Source: an uncultured Acidobacteriaceae bacterium
Lineage (GTDB): Bacteria > Acidobacteriota > Terriglobia > Terriglobales > Acidobacteriaceae
Assembly (NCBI GenBank): GCA_963744265.1
Contig: CAVUSW010000010.1
Location: 316,147 to 380,146 of the forward strand
DNA length: 64,000 nt
Direction: 5' to 3'
The notes beneath the pieces are model-generated. The model ran no database searches. It worked only from the letters and a program-made list of their open reading frames with translations, and was not told the DNA's origin. The stretch's first letter is position 1. Each line of letters starts with the position of its first letter. This document shows positions 49,946 through 62,208 of this stretch, piece by piece. A program made the translations under genes and the position numbers.

Positions 49946-52759
49946 GTGAAGTCGTCGCCAATTGTGACAGGATGGGCATTGATTCTCTGCGCTGTTATGA
50001 CGGCTTGTGGTGGAGGTGGGGGTACGCCGTCAATCAGTCTGCCCGTCAGTCCGCCCGTAAGCCCACCAGCAATCTCAACCTCGTCGCTGCCAGATGGCAC
50101 AATAAATATTGCCTATAGCGCTAAATTGGCGGCGACTGGAGGGACCGCACCTTACGGTTGGAGTATTGCTTCGGGCAATTTACCCGCTGGGTTGGCTCTA
50201 GCCAGGAGTACGGGGGGAATTTCGGGCACACCGACAGCTGCGGGCGAGTCATCCTTTGTAGTTGAGGTGCAGGATTCGGAGACGGCGCCCCAAGCGGCGC
50301 AGGTTTCCCTGCACTTGAATGTCAGTGCCGCTCCGCTACCAACGGTGGCGACCGAGCATAACGATAACCTTCGCTCCGGGCAAAATCTTAACGAAACTAT
50401 CCTTTCTCCCGCTAATGTTAGTGCCCATCTTTTCGGCAAACTGTTTTCGGACTCGGTGGATGGATATGTATATGCCCAGCCTCTCTATGTGAGCGGCGTG
50501 AACATAACGGGAAAGGGGGTTCACAACGTGGTCTTTGTAGCCACGGAACACGATAGCGTTTATGCCTTCGATGCAGATAATAACGCTGGAGAAAACGCTA
50601 ATCCGCTGTGGCAAACGAGTTTCCTCAACCCGTCTGGGGGAGTCACCACGATTTCTTCCGGAGACGTAAACTGCGAGTCCATAGTCCCGGAGATCGGCAT
50701 TACCAGTACTCCGGTCATAGACCCCAGCACGAACACGATCTATGTGCTGGCCGTGACCAAGGAACAAGGAAGCTATTTCCACCGTCTTCATGCTCTTGAT
50801 ATCACGACGGGCGCGGAGAAGAATGGCAGCCCGGTCACCATCGCGGCGAGTGTCCCCGGAACCGGTGTAGGCGGCTCCGGCGGCATAATCAGTTTTGATC
50901 CTCTGATGGAACTGAACCGGCCTGGATTGCTGTTGGATAACGGCATTATCTATCTCGCCTGGTCGTCAAACTGCGACAACGATCCCTTTCACGGTTGGGT
51001 GATGGCCTACGACAAAACCACCCTCCAGCAACAAACAATTTGGAATACAACTCCGGACGGACAACGCGGCGGAATTTGGATGAGCGGCGGCGGATTGGCG
51101 ACGGATTCGTCGGGAGATGTTTTCGTTTCCATCGGAAATGGCACCTTTGATATGTCCGGAAACAATCCGGAGGATCTAGGGGATAGCGTAGTTCGCTTGA
51201 CGACGGCGGCAGGCAAACTCATCCCCAAGGACTTCTTCACCCCCTACAATCAGGGAAATCTGGACGATGGCGATGTAGATGTCGGAGCTGGGGGCGTCCT
51301 GTTGCTGCCGGACCAGCAAGGTGCCCATATTCATGAAGCGATTGCGGCAGGCAAGGAAGGCACTATCTATGTAACGGACCGCGACAACTTGGGGCAGTTT
51401 CACTCTAACGACAACTCACAGATTGTACAGAGTATTACTGGCCAACTTCACGGAATACTCTCAGTTCCAGCCTACTGGAATAACAATGTGTACTTCGGAG
51501 GGGCGCACGATGTGTTGAAAGCATTCGGAGTGTCGAACGGCCTGCTTTCCACGATGCCGACTTCGCAGTCAGTAGAAAATTTTGGATTTCCCGGACCGAC
51601 CGTGAGCATATCGTCCAACGGCAACACGAATGGGATCGTATGGGCCTTGCAGACTGACTCTAATCTCCACGGCGGAAACGAAGCGCTTTACGCGTTGGAT
51701 GCCACCAACCTGAACAACGAGCTTTACGATAGTACTCAGAACGGATCGAGGGATAACCCTGGGGGTGCAGTAAAGTTTGCAACGCCGACCATCGCGAATG
51801 GCAAGGTCTATGTCGGGGCCTCGCAGCGACTAAGCGTGTTCGGCCCGATATTGGCACCGGCAGCGACTCCCAGTTTCGCGCCCGGCTGGGGAACCTATAC
51901 TTCGAGTCAAACCGTAACCATTTCCGACTCGACAGTTGGTGCGACCATCTACTACACAACTGACGGCTCCAACCCAACGACCGCCTCCAATGTGTATACG
52001 GCGCCGATCACGATCGGCGTGACAACTACGATTAAAGCGATCGCTGTCGCTCCACAGTATCCCAACAGCGCCATCGGCACGGCGGTGTACACCATTACGA
52101 CGGGAGCAGGAGGCTCGCTGAATTACGGCAACGGCTTCACCCCGACGGGTTTGGCTATCAATGGAAATGGCGCGATTAACGGCACCGCTTTGCGGCTGAC
52201 TGACGGAGGAGTCGGCGAGATCACGAGCGTGTGGTATTCCACTCCACTCAACATCCAATCGTTTGCTCAAGATTTCAACATTCAGCTAACGGATCCAGGC
52301 GGGGATGGGATGACTTTTGCTATCCAGAATGCGGGAGCCAATGCGATCGGACCGGGCGGGTCCGGTCTCGGTTACGGCGCTTCGAATCCCGGGGGAAATC
52401 CCGGTATACCGACAAGTGTCGCCATCAAGATCGATCTTTACGACAATTATGGCGAAGGCCCTGACTCTACGGGACTTTATTTCGGAGGAGCTTCGCCGAC
52501 CATACCGGCTGTCGATATGACCGGAAGCGGCATAGACCTGCATAGCGGGGATGTCTTCAACGTTCACATGACTTATGACGGGACAACCCTGGTGGTGACT
52601 TTCACGGACACTATTACATACAAGACATTCAGCCAGTCATGGCAAATCGACATCCCAACTACGGTAGGTGGACCCACGGCTTATGTTGGCTTTACGGCTG
52701 CTTCGGGCGGGGTTACGGCAACTCAGGATGTACTGAGTTGGACATTTGCATCGCCCTAA
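49946..52759 (+). CDS. Large multi-domain lipoprotein: putative Ig domain, beta-propeller, chitobiase-C-type domain and legume-lectin-like domain
   Basis: GAGGAG Shine-Dalgarno sequence and GTG start. Lipobox ..AVMTAC followed by GGGG. ..GGTAPYGWSIASGNLPAGL.. is He_PIG-like. ..VGATIYYTTDGSNPT.. is chitobiase-C-like. ..GTALRLTDGG...SVWY... is lectin-like. Confidence 0.65.
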   Translation: MKSSPIVTGWALILCAVMTACGGGGGTPSISLPVSPPVSPPAISTSSLPDGTINIAYSAKLAATGGTAPYGWSIASGNLPAGLALARSTGGISGTPTAAGESSFVVEVQDSETAPQAAQVSLHLNVSAAPLPTVATEHNDNLRSGQNLNETILSPANVSAHLFGKLFSDSVDGYVYAQPLYVSGVNITGKGVHNVVFVATEHDSVYAFDADNNAGENANPLWQTSFLNPSGGVTTISSGDVNCESIVPEIGITSTPVIDPSTNTIYVLAVTKEQGSYFHRLHALDITTGAEKNGSPVTIAASVPGTGVGGSGGIISFDPLMELNRPGLLLDNGIIYLAWSSNCDNDPFHGWVMAYDKTTLQQQTIWNTTPDGQRGGIWMSGGGLATDSSGDVFVSIGNGTFDMSGNNPEDLGDSVVRLTTAAGKLIPKDFFTPYNQGNLDDGDVDVGAGGVLLLPDQQGAHIHEAIAAGKEGTIYVTDRDNLGQFHSNDNSQIVQSITGQLHGILSVPAYWNNNVYFGGAHDVLKAFGVSNGLLSTMPTSQSVENFGFPGPTVSISSNGNTNGIVWALQTDSNLHGGNEALYALDATNLNNELYDSTQNGSRDNPGGAVKFATPTIANGKVYVGASQRLSVFGPILAPAATPSFAPGWGTYTSSQTVTISDSTVGATIYYTTDGSNPTTASNVYTAPITIGVTTTIKAIAVAPQYPNSAIGTAVYTITTGAGGSLNYGNGFTPTGLAINGNGAINGTALRLTDGGVGEITSVWYSTPLNIQSFAQDFNIQLTDPGGDGMTFAIQNAGANAIGPGGSGLGYGASNPGGNPGIPTSVAIKIDLYDNYGEGPDSTGLYFGGASPTIPAVDMTGSGIDLHSGDVFNVHMTYDGTTLVVTFTDTITYKTFSQSWQIDIPTTVGGPTAYVGFTAASGGVTATQDVLSWTFASP

Positions 52760-53000
52760 TCACGAGCCTGAAACGGGGCCCGCGGGCTGAGTCACGGCCC
52801 GTCCTGGCCTCGCGGTACCCTCGGCCAAGCGGGCAGGAAAGATCGGGCTCTCGCTCTTCGGTTGTCAAGTCTCAGCTCCTGCGAATCATGGGGCCGAGTG
52901 GGGCAGTGTGAATTTTTGGCGCGAATCGACGATGTGCTTTCCAGGTCGGAACGGTGTTCGTGCGAAGATGGACTCTGGATTTTAGCGACAGCCTGAGCCC

Positions 53001-54218
53001 ATGAACACGTCAACCCTGCGCAGGATCTTCAAAGCATTTCATTATCGCGATTTCCGCCTGATGTGGATTGGCGCCTGCACGTCGAGCATTGGCACGTGGA
53101 TGCAGATTGTGGCCCAGGGCTGGCTTATCTATCGCCTGAGCCATTCGGCCTTCCTGCTCGCCCTGGACCAATTTCTCGGCGGCATTCCCATCTTTCTGTT
53201 TTCGCTGATCGGCGGTGTGGTGGCTGACCGGATCGAGCGCCGCAAGGTCCTCCTGGTTTCTCAGTACATTCAGATGACGAGCGCAGCGATCCTCACCGTT
53301 CTGGTAGCCGGCGGGCTGACGCACGTGTGGCCCATCCTGTGTCTCTCGTTTATGTCGGGCTTAGCGCAGGCTTTTGGCGGCCCGGCTTACTCGGCGCTGA
53401 TTCCGACGCTGGTCGACCGGGAAGACATGCCCAATGCCATTGCCCTGAACTCGATCCAGTTCAATCTGGCAGTCACGATCGGCCCGGCGCTCGCGGGACA
53501 GGCTCTGGCGAAGTTGGGAGAGAAGTGGTGCTTTGGTCTGAATGCGCTTTCGTTTCTGGCGCCGATCGTTACGCTACTGATGATCAGGACGCGATTTCTC
53601 CCGGCAAGTACCGGCGACTCGATGTTTACCAGCCTGAAGGAAGGCATCAGGTTCGTTCGTAAGCAGGGCTCGATGGAAGCGCTGATTGTGCTGGCGTTTT
53701 GCATGACGGCCCTGGCCATGCCCATGCGAACGTATATTCCCGTATTCGTCAAAGACATCTTCCACCGCGGTCCGGAAACTTACGGCAATCTGCTCTCGCT
53801 CATGGGAATCGGTTCCATCGCGGGCTCCCTGCTGGTTGCGGGCTTGGGCAACATTCGCCACAAGGGACGTTTCGCTATCAGCATGCTGATCTGCCTGGGC
53901 GCCGCGATTGCAGGATTTTCCCTGTCGAAATCGCTGCCACTCAGCTACGCCATGCTGGCAGTGGTCGGCGCTTCGATGATGTCGGTTTTTGCCACGGTAA
54001 CATCGCTGGTGCAGTTGATTACTACTAACGAAATGCGCGGCCGCGTAATGAGCGTCTACAACTGCGCCTTTCGCGGAGGAATGCCGATGGGAAATCTGCT
54101 GTCGGGATGGATCGTGCCAATATTCACCGCCCCCCTGGTGCTGAGCGTCAATGGATTGCTGCTGATTTTGATGGCGCTGTACTTCCTGCTGATCCAGCGG
54201 CGCGTGGCCACGTTGTGA
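53001..54218 (+). CDS. MFS transporter (EntS / MFS_3-like)
   Basis: Twelve TM helices. N-terminus ..[27 protein letters not shown].. is typical of this subfamily. Confidence 0.8.
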   Translation: MNTSTLRRIFKAFHYRDFRLMWIGACTSSIGTWMQIVAQGWLIYRLSHSAFLLALDQFLGGIPIFLFSLIGGVVADRIERRKVLLVSQYIQMTSAAILTVLVAGGLTHVWPILCLSFMSGLAQAFGGPAYSALIPTLVDREDMPNAIALNSIQFNLAVTIGPALAGQALAKLGEKWCFGLNALSFLAPIVTLLMIRTRFLPASTGDSMFTSLKEGIRFVRKQGSMEALIVLAFCMTALAMPMRTYIPVFVKDIFHRGPETYGNLLSLMGIGSIAGSLLVAGLGNIRHKGRFAISMLICLGAAIAGFSLSKSLPLSYAMLAVVGASMMSVFATVTSLVQLITTNEMRGRVMSVYNCAFRGGMPMGNLLSGWIVPIFTAPLVLSVNGLLLILMALYFLLIQRRVATL

Positions 54219-54261
54219 CGGCTTCGGTGTAAGATGGCGGCTTCGTTCGAAGGAGGAAACC

Positions 54262-55551
54262 GTGCTGGATCGCCGCCGCTTTCTTACCGCTGGTGCTGGA
54301 TTCGCCGCTGCTCTCGCGTTTCGCAACGATCTGTTCGCGCAGCTGCAGAATGTTCCATCGTCACTGCCCAGTCCAACGCTGTTCGTCAAGGACGAAGAGG
54401 GCTACTGGACGGAGTTGCGCAAGCAATTCCTGATCCCTGAGGACGAGATCTATTTGAATAACGGCACCGTGGGATCAAGTCCCGCTCCGGTCCTGCGCGC
54501 CGTGTTCGATGGCTATACTTCGACCGAGAAACTGGACGAGACCGATCCCGAGGATTATCCCATCTGGGGATACGGGCCGTGGAACGAGTTTCGCGATCCG
54601 CTGGCCGCGTTTGTGGGCTGCACGCGCGACGAGATTGCGCTCCTGCGCAACGCTACCGAGGCTAACAGTTATATCGCCAATGGCATCGACATGAAGCCAG
54701 GCGATGAAGTGCTGATGACCGATCAGGAGCATCCCGGCGGCGAACAGCCATGGCAATTGAAGGCCAAGCGCTACGGCATCGTGGTGAAAAAAGTAACGCT
54801 GCCCAAGCCGGTGAACGATGCGCCGCAGGTGCTGAACCTGTTCAATGACGCGATCACGCCGCGGACGCGGGTCATGTTCTTCAGCCACATCACGACGGTG
54901 ACGGGAGTGGTGTTGCCAGCCAAGGAGCTGTGCGCGCTGGCGCGCTCGAAGCAGATCGTGTCGGCGGTGGACGGCGCGCATGCGACTGGCATGATGCAGA
55001 TCAACCTGCACGATATTGGTTGCGATATGTACAGCTCGAGCCCGCATAAGTGGCTGCAAGCGCCGAAGGGGTCGGGCTATCTTTATGTGCGCAACGAAGC
55101 GATGGATTATTTGTGGAACACGATCGCGACCGAAGGTTGGGATGAGAAACAGCTGCGCGCCGAGCGCTTCCAGCGGATCGGATCGTCGAACGTTCCGTCG
55201 CTCTGCGGATTGCGCGCGGCGATCCAGATGGCAAATGACATTGGCATGGAGCGGATCGAGAAGAGGCATCGTGAACTGGGCGATTACATGCTGGCGGCGA
55301 TGATCAAGCGCGGAGCAGAATCGTGGACCTCTCCTGATCCGAAGCTACGCTGCGCGATTACGACCGTGAACGTTCCGCCCATCCAGCGCATGAAGCTTGA
55401 GGATTGGCTGTGGAAGACGAAGAAGATCAGGATTCGCGGCGGCGAGCCGTCGAAGCTGAGATTGTCGACTCCTTATTACTTGCGGAAGAAGGACATCGAT
55501 CGATATCTGGATGGGTACGATGAATACAAGAGAGAGCAAAAGATAGCGTGA
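54262..55551 (+). CDS. Class V PLP-dependent enzyme (cysteine desulfurase / isopenicillin-N epimerase-like) with a twin-arginine signal
   Basis: Tat motif [23 protein letters not shown] lysine motif SSPHKWL. Confidence 0.8.
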   Translation: MLDRRRFLTAGAGFAAALAFRNDLFAQLQNVPSSLPSPTLFVKDEEGYWTELRKQFLIPEDEIYLNNGTVGSSPAPVLRAVFDGYTSTEKLDETDPEDYPIWGYGPWNEFRDPLAAFVGCTRDEIALLRNATEANSYIANGIDMKPGDEVLMTDQEHPGGEQPWQLKAKRYGIVVKKVTLPKPVNDAPQVLNLFNDAITPRTRVMFFSHITTVTGVVLPAKELCALARSKQIVSAVDGAHATGMMQINLHDIGCDMYSSSPHKWLQAPKGSGYLYVRNEAMDYLWNTIATEGWDEKQLRAERFQRIGSSNVPSLCGLRAAIQMANDIGMERIEKRHRELGDYMLAAMIKRGAESWTSPDPKLRCAITTVNVPPIQRMKLEDWLWKTKKIRIRGGEPSKLRLSTPYYLRKKDIDRYLDGYDEYKREQKIA

Positions 55552-55619
55552 AGATGGCGAAGAGACTCCTATAATCGGCCTCATTCGTTGTTCAGAAACC
55601 CTCTCAAGGGAGCGCTCTA

Positions 55620-56759
55620 TTGAATCCCAATTTGCTGACTCTTCCTATCGTTATCGTTCTGGTCGCGATTCTGATCGTCGCGCTTTCCATCCGCCGCATG
55701 CGCACGCTGCAACGCACGCCCCATGGCAAGGGGCGGCGCATCACAGAGCGGGTATTGCTTTCGTTGGTCATCCTGGTTTGCGCGCTGCTTGCCGGTTGCA
55801 CCGCCTACAACGCGGCCGCCCTTCGCTATTACCGTGCGATCTATCCGCCTCCCGGAAAGATCTACAGCGTTAACGGACACGACATGCATCTCTACTGCAC
55901 GGGGCAGGGTTCTCCGACGATCGTCCTCGAGGCGGGCGGAGGCAACGGCATGCTGAAGTGGGCCAAGGTGCAACCGGAGCTATCCAAAACGACGCGCGTT
56001 TGCTCCTATGACCGCGCCGGATTCGGCTGGAGTACTCCAGTGCCCGGCCCACGCGACGCCGACACCATTGCCGGCGAGTTACATGCTCTATTGCAGCAAG
56101 CCGGCGTAGGTGGCCCCTATGTCTTGATGTCACACTCGAGGGGAGGCCTCTATATTCGCGCTTACACGGCTCATTATCCCGAGGACGTGGTTGGGCTCAT
56201 CTTCCTTGAGACCGCTACGCCCCTCGATGAAGACCGTGAGTCTGCCGAGCTGCGAGCGGCAACGTCACACCCTCAGTATGTCTACTACCCTTTTACTCTG
56301 CTTATGGCTACGGGCCTGCAACGGCCGGCGGGCGCATGTTCAGCGGAGCCCGGCTTCGATCAGCCCGACGCATCCCGTATTGCGCAACTCGAATGCGGCA
56401 AGCAGTTCGACCCAATATGGAGGGAATACATCAGCACGCAGCGGAACGGCGAGGAGACGATCAACACTGGGCCCTATGGAGAAATGCCAATCCTGATCTT
56501 CTCGCGCGATCCTCAACTGCAACGCCAAACTTCGGACCTTCCCCCCAAGTTGGCGGTTGAAGAAAGTACGCTGTGGGATCAGGATCAGGAAGCCTTAAAG
56601 CGCTTATCCACTCGCAGCCGCAGAATCATCGCCAAAGGCAGCGGACATTACATACAGGTGGATCGCGCCGATCTGATCAAATTGGAAGTTCCAATCTTTA
56701 TCCAGCAACTGAGAAATAACGAATTACGGACCGACTACGGCTCGACCAAGACAGAGTAG
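55620..56759 (+). CDS. Membrane-anchored alpha/beta hydrolase
   Basis: TTG start, N-terminal TM helix and a nucleophile-elbow-like LMSHSRGG. C-terminal ..GSGHYIQ. Confidence 0.7.
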   Translation: MNPNLLTLPIVIVLVAILIVALSIRRMRTLQRTPHGKGRRITERVLLSLVILVCALLAGCTAYNAAALRYYRAIYPPPGKIYSVNGHDMHLYCTGQGSPTIVLEAGGGNGMLKWAKVQPELSKTTRVCSYDRAGFGWSTPVPGPRDADTIAGELHALLQQAGVGGPYVLMSHSRGGLYIRAYTAHYPEDVVGLIFLETATPLDEDRESAELRAATSHPQYVYYPFTLLMATGLQRPAGACSAEPGFDQPDASRIAQLECGKQFDPIWREYISTQRNGEETINTGPYGEMPILIFSRDPQLQRQTSDLPPKLAVEESTLWDQDQEALKRLSTRSRRIIAKGSGHYIQVDRADLIKLEVPIFIQQLRNNELRTDYGSTKTE

Positions 56760-56800
56760 AGGGCGCTGATTTCGCTTTGTTTCGAGCATCAGCTTCGATC

Positions 56801-58010
56801 CTACTTATTGCTCAGCGCTTCCACGCCCGGCAGCTTCTTGCCTTCCAGGAACTCCAGCGACGCGCCGCCGCCGGTGGAGATGTGCGTGATCTTGTCGGCC
56901 ACGCCCGCCGCCTTCACCGCCGCTACGCTGTCGCCGCCGCCAACGATCGAAACCGCCGCGCCGTTGTCGGCAACCGCGTGGGCGATCTTCTTCGTGCCCT
57001 TGGCGAATGCCTCGATTTCGAAGACGCCCATCGGGCCGTTCCACACGATGGTGCGCGCGCCGCTCGATTTCGTCGGAGAACAGCTCGATCGTCTTCGGTC
57101 CGATATCGAGCGCCATCATGTCGGCGGGAATCGGCTGGCCTTCGCCGATGTTCTGGATGCGCGCGCCGGCTTCAGGCTTGTCGGCGACCACGTGATCGAC
57201 CGGCAGCAGGAATTTCACGTTGTGCGCCTTGGCTTCGGCGAGAATCTGCTTGGCCAGATCGATTTTGTCGGCCTCCAGCAGCGACTTGCCGATCTCCTGT
57301 CCCTGCGCCTTCAGGAAGGTGTAGGCCATGCCGCCGCCGATGATGAGCGTATCCACTTTGCTCATCAGGTGCTTGATGACGCCGATCTTGTCGCTGACCT
57401 TCGCGCCGCCGAGAATCGCGACGAACGGCTTCTGCGGATGCGACAGCGCCTTGCCCAGATATTCGAGCTCTTTCTCCATCAGCAGGCCGGCAGCGCTCTT
57501 CTCCACGAAATGGGTGATGCCTTCGGTGGAGGCGTGCGCGCGATGCGCCGAGCCGAACGCATCGTTCACGTAGTAGTCGCAAAGCTTGCCCAGCTGCTTG
57601 GCGAAGTTCGGATCGTTGGCTTCTTCTTCGGGATGGAAGCGCAGATTCTCCAGCAGCAGCGACTGCCCGCGCTCCAGCTTCTCCGCCATCTCTTCGGCCT
57701 GCACGCCGATGCAGTCGGGCGAGAAGCCGACATTCTCGCCGCGGCGCAGCACGTCGTCCAGCAGAATGCGCAGCCGCTCGGCCACCGGCTTGAGGCTCAT
57801 CTTCGGATTGGGCTTGCCCTTGGGCCGCCCGAGGTGCGAAGCCAGGATGAGCCGCGCGCCATGGCGCAGCGCGTACTCGATGGTCGGCAGCGTTTCGCGG
57901 ATGCGCGTGTCGTCCATCACGCGGCCGTCGTCGAGCGGGACGTTGAAGTCGACCCGCATGAAAATGCGCTTATTGTTCAGCGGAAGATCACGAATCGATA
58001 ACTTCGACAT
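56801..58010 (-). pseudogene. pgk: Phosphoglycerate kinase, with one frame break
   Basis: [21 protein letters not shown].. The break near 57060 separates ..SDEIER from [14 protein letters not shown].. Confidence 0.9.
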
Positions 58011-58090
58011 GAGCACCGTTGCACCAGTTGTCAGTGAGCCGTTAGTCGGATGTCGAGGCCAGATCATGAGCTGCCAACTCAGAGCCGTTA

Positions 58091-59200
<1,110 letters not shown>

Positions 59201-59368
59201 ACTACGCTGCACCACCAGTGCGGCCGGATAGTGAATGAAACAGAAAATCGTAGCATCCGCGATGGGGCGAGGCAATGCTGCAAATCACAATTGCGAACCG
59301 CCTTCTGCCACAAAAGGGGAATGCTGTCCGATTGCTCCCACCTAGGGAAGCGTGTTACAAGTGCAACA

Positions 59369-60332
59369 TGCGCAGATGGATGCGCGACCGCGGCAAGCGG
59401 CGCAAACCGCCAGACGAGAAGCAGGCGCAGGACAATCCCGCGCCTTTGCAACCCAAGTTTCCTGACCCGTTTCCGACGAAAGTGGCGGCGAGAGCCGACA
59501 GCCCGACTTTGAGGCTCAGCCGGAGGAGGCTGAGCTCCAGGAGTCTCAGCCTATGGCCGAAGCGGGCAGCGGGGAAGAGCAGCCACAACAGCGGCGCGAC
59601 CGCAACCGCCGTCGTGGCCGCCGCGGCCGCGGCGATCGGCCGGCAGCAAGTCCCCAGCCACCAGCGCAGCCTCCCGCGCTTCCCGCGTCCCGGTGGTCCA
59701 ACCGGCGAGGCCGCCGAAGCCGAAGCGCTGAGCGAGCGGCTGAGCCGCTGCGCAACCACCTCAGGCCGCGCAGTCCGTCCAAGCAGCCGAAGGGCGCAGT
59801 CGTGCTGTCCATCGGACTGCCGGGCTCCGGCAAGAGCACCTGGTTCAAGCGCCATAACATTCTTCCGCTGTCCAGCGACATGGTCCGCATTCTGCTGTTC
59901 GACGATGTCACCGAGCAGCGCTATCAGGACCTGGTGTTTTCCACGCTGCGCTCGATGCTGCGCGCGCGCCTGCTGGCCCGGCGTCCCTGGAATTATCTGG
60001 ACGCCACCAATCTTTCCCCTCACGAGCGCCGCAGCTGGATCAAGCTGGCGCACGACTTCGGCTACGAAGCCCACGCGGTCTTCTTCGACGTGCCGCCCGA
60101 GGTCTGCATGGAGCGCAATCACCGCCGCGAACGCAACGTCCCGGAAGACGTCATGCAGCGCATGGCCAGCAAGCTGCGTCCGCCGAAGTTCGAAGAAGGC
60201 TTCGCCAAGATCACCGTGGTGCGGCTGAAGAAGAAAGATGGAGAGGCTGCTCCCGCCGAAGAGCCGCGACAGGAGTTCGCCATCGAGCCCGATGAGGGTG
60301 AGCCGCCGGAGGTGGTAGACACAACGGAATAG
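59369..60332 (+). pseudogene. P-loop kinase (AAA_33 / polynucleotide-kinase-like) with an Arg/Pro/Gln-rich disordered N-terminal region, with at least one frame break
   Basis: Walker A GLPGSGKSTW. The low-complexity N-terminal part continues upstream of 59553 in another frame (..KRRKPPDEKQAQDNPAPLQPKFPDP / VSDESGGESRQPDFEAQPEE..). The start is uncertain. Confidence 0.55.
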
Positions 60333-60543
60333 CGGGGCGGGACAGTATTTGGGAATTGATTTTGCCTTCAGTAACCCGCTTGATGTCGGAAAAGCTGGGA
60401 AACCGCGAACGGCCCCGTTAGCTGTTTCTACCTATTGAAGATTTAGATCCGTGTTCCTGTCAACCAGCATGCGGGTGAGGTATAGTTAGATTGCTGCTCG
60501 ACCCGGCAAAGAAAGTCGGACTCCAAGAACGGGTCAATGCGAG

Positions 60544-61380
60544 GTGTTTTCCATGCGGCTGCGGCGCATTTCTCTGGGACTTTTGCTCCTGCCACTGGCA
60601 GGGATCTTAAACGCGCAGATCATTGGAGCTTCGCCTACCGGGCCTCTTCCTCCGAACGTTCCGGTGATCCCCACGACGATCAAGAACGCTCCCTTTTCGG
60701 CGGTTGTGGTCACTCAATACGACCGCGTGGTCGGTACCGGTAATCACATCCATCGAGAGACACGGGGGAAGGTTTATCGCGACGATCAGGGGCGGGTGCG
60801 CACCGAGACTGAGTTCTCAACGCCCAGCAACGGTGGTGAGCAGTTTCTACGGGTCACCATTTTGGACCCGGTTCAGCACACGGTGATCCACCTCGATCCC
60901 AGGAACAAGGTTGCTACGGTTACCCACACCGGACAGACTATGCCCGCCAGCGATACGGCGCCGCCGCGACATGGAATCACGTTAGGGGGGACGCCGATCA
61001 ACGACTCCGGGCAGCCGACCGGTGCTCCGGTCAAGATCCAGACCGACCACTCCGCGGCTAACGCGGGAGCCGCGGTTAAGACGGAGACGCTGGGTTCCAA
61101 ATCCATCGAAGGGGTTGAGACAGTAGGAACCAAGACGACTCGAACGATCGCCGCGGGAGCGATGGGAAATGAGCAGCCAGTCATTTCCGTTAGCGATTCC
61201 TGGTACTCACGCGATTTGCAGATCGTGGTATTGAACGAGACAGACGATGGTCAGTCGGGTCATACTATGATGAAGCTGGTCGACCTTGTGCGAGCGGAGC
61301 CTAATTCTCAGCTGTTCCTGATCCCACAAGATTACACGGTGAAAGAGAGTAATCCCGCGACGGCGAGCGCCAAGCCTTAA
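60544..61380 (+). CDS. Secreted hypothetical protein
   Basis: Signal peptide ..MRLRRISLGLLLLPLAGILNAQ. Intact 278 aa ORF with no recognisable motif. Confidence 0.55.
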   Translation: MFSMRLRRISLGLLLLPLAGILNAQIIGASPTGPLPPNVPVIPTTIKNAPFSAVVVTQYDRVVGTGNHIHRETRGKVYRDDQGRVRTETEFSTPSNGGEQFLRVTILDPVQHTVIHLDPRNKVATVTHTGQTMPASDTAPPRHGITLGGTPINDSGQPTGAPVKIQTDHSAANAGAAVKTETLGSKSIEGVETVGTKTTRTIAAGAMGNEQPVISVSDSWYSRDLQIVVLNETDDGQSGHTMMKLVDLVRAEPNSQLFLIPQDYTVKESNPATASAKP

Positions 61381-61399
61381 GGAGTAAACGGTAAACTGG

Positions 61400-62066
61400 A
61401 TGTCTGATCTCGACTTTTCTCCGCCGGAAGGGCTAGAAATCTCTCTCTGGCGCTCGCTGCTAATTAACCTTGCCGATCGCTTTGCCCCCGAGCGTCTTCC
61501 TCCCCTGCAGCTGACTTCGAAGCCGGTCGACGTCGGCATTTTGGAGGGCGATCTCCTCAATCTACCGTGGTATCGCACGGTGTTCACCAATTTGGGCGAC
61601 GTGATTTCTCCGGAGACGCTGCCTCCGCTCGTGCTGGAGTCACAGCCGGTGGACGTCGGCGAGTTGCTCGGCGACGAGTTGAGCCATGGATGGTGGGACT
61701 CTTTGCTGCAAAATGTCCGCGACCGCCTCTCGCCCCAAAGGCTTCCGCCGCTTCATCTCACTTCGCAGCCGGTGACGGCGTTTGGGGCCGAGTCGAGCAT
61801 GCAGATCCTGGATTGGTCCAGCTTGATTGCCGGGCCGAAAATCTTCCTGGCCGATGCGCCGCAGCCCGCACCGACCTTCGCAACGTATCAGATGGCGGCG
61901 GCGCCAACCGGCTCCGGAACCTGCTCCCGCACATCCCGGACTTCTGGTGGCACGTATGCAATTGACGCGCGATATTGTCCGGACGCGTTTCCGCCGGAAG
62001 ATCTGGATTTCGCTTGCCGCTGCCGAGGCGGTGTTTCTGCTGGTGGCGCTGTTCAAGTTTCAATAG
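61400..62066 (+). pseudogene. Tail-anchored hypothetical protein with three roughly 40 aa N-terminal repeats, with one frame break
   Basis: The repeats are centred on RLPPLQLTSKPVDVG, TLPPLVLESQPVDVG and RLPPLHLTSQPVTAF. The frame changes between about 61870 and 61960. The C-terminal TM segment is IWISLAAAEAVFLLVALF. Confidence 0.45.
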
Positions 62067-62208
62067 CTCCGAGATCCGGAAGGGATACGGATCGTCAGCT
62101 TTTTGTTTCCCCGGCAAATCACCTGCGTTGTACGATAGGACGCTTGCCGGGCCGGTCCTGGCGGGTCAGAAGTGGAAACAAATCGCATGACGATAGGGGC
62201 TGACATCC

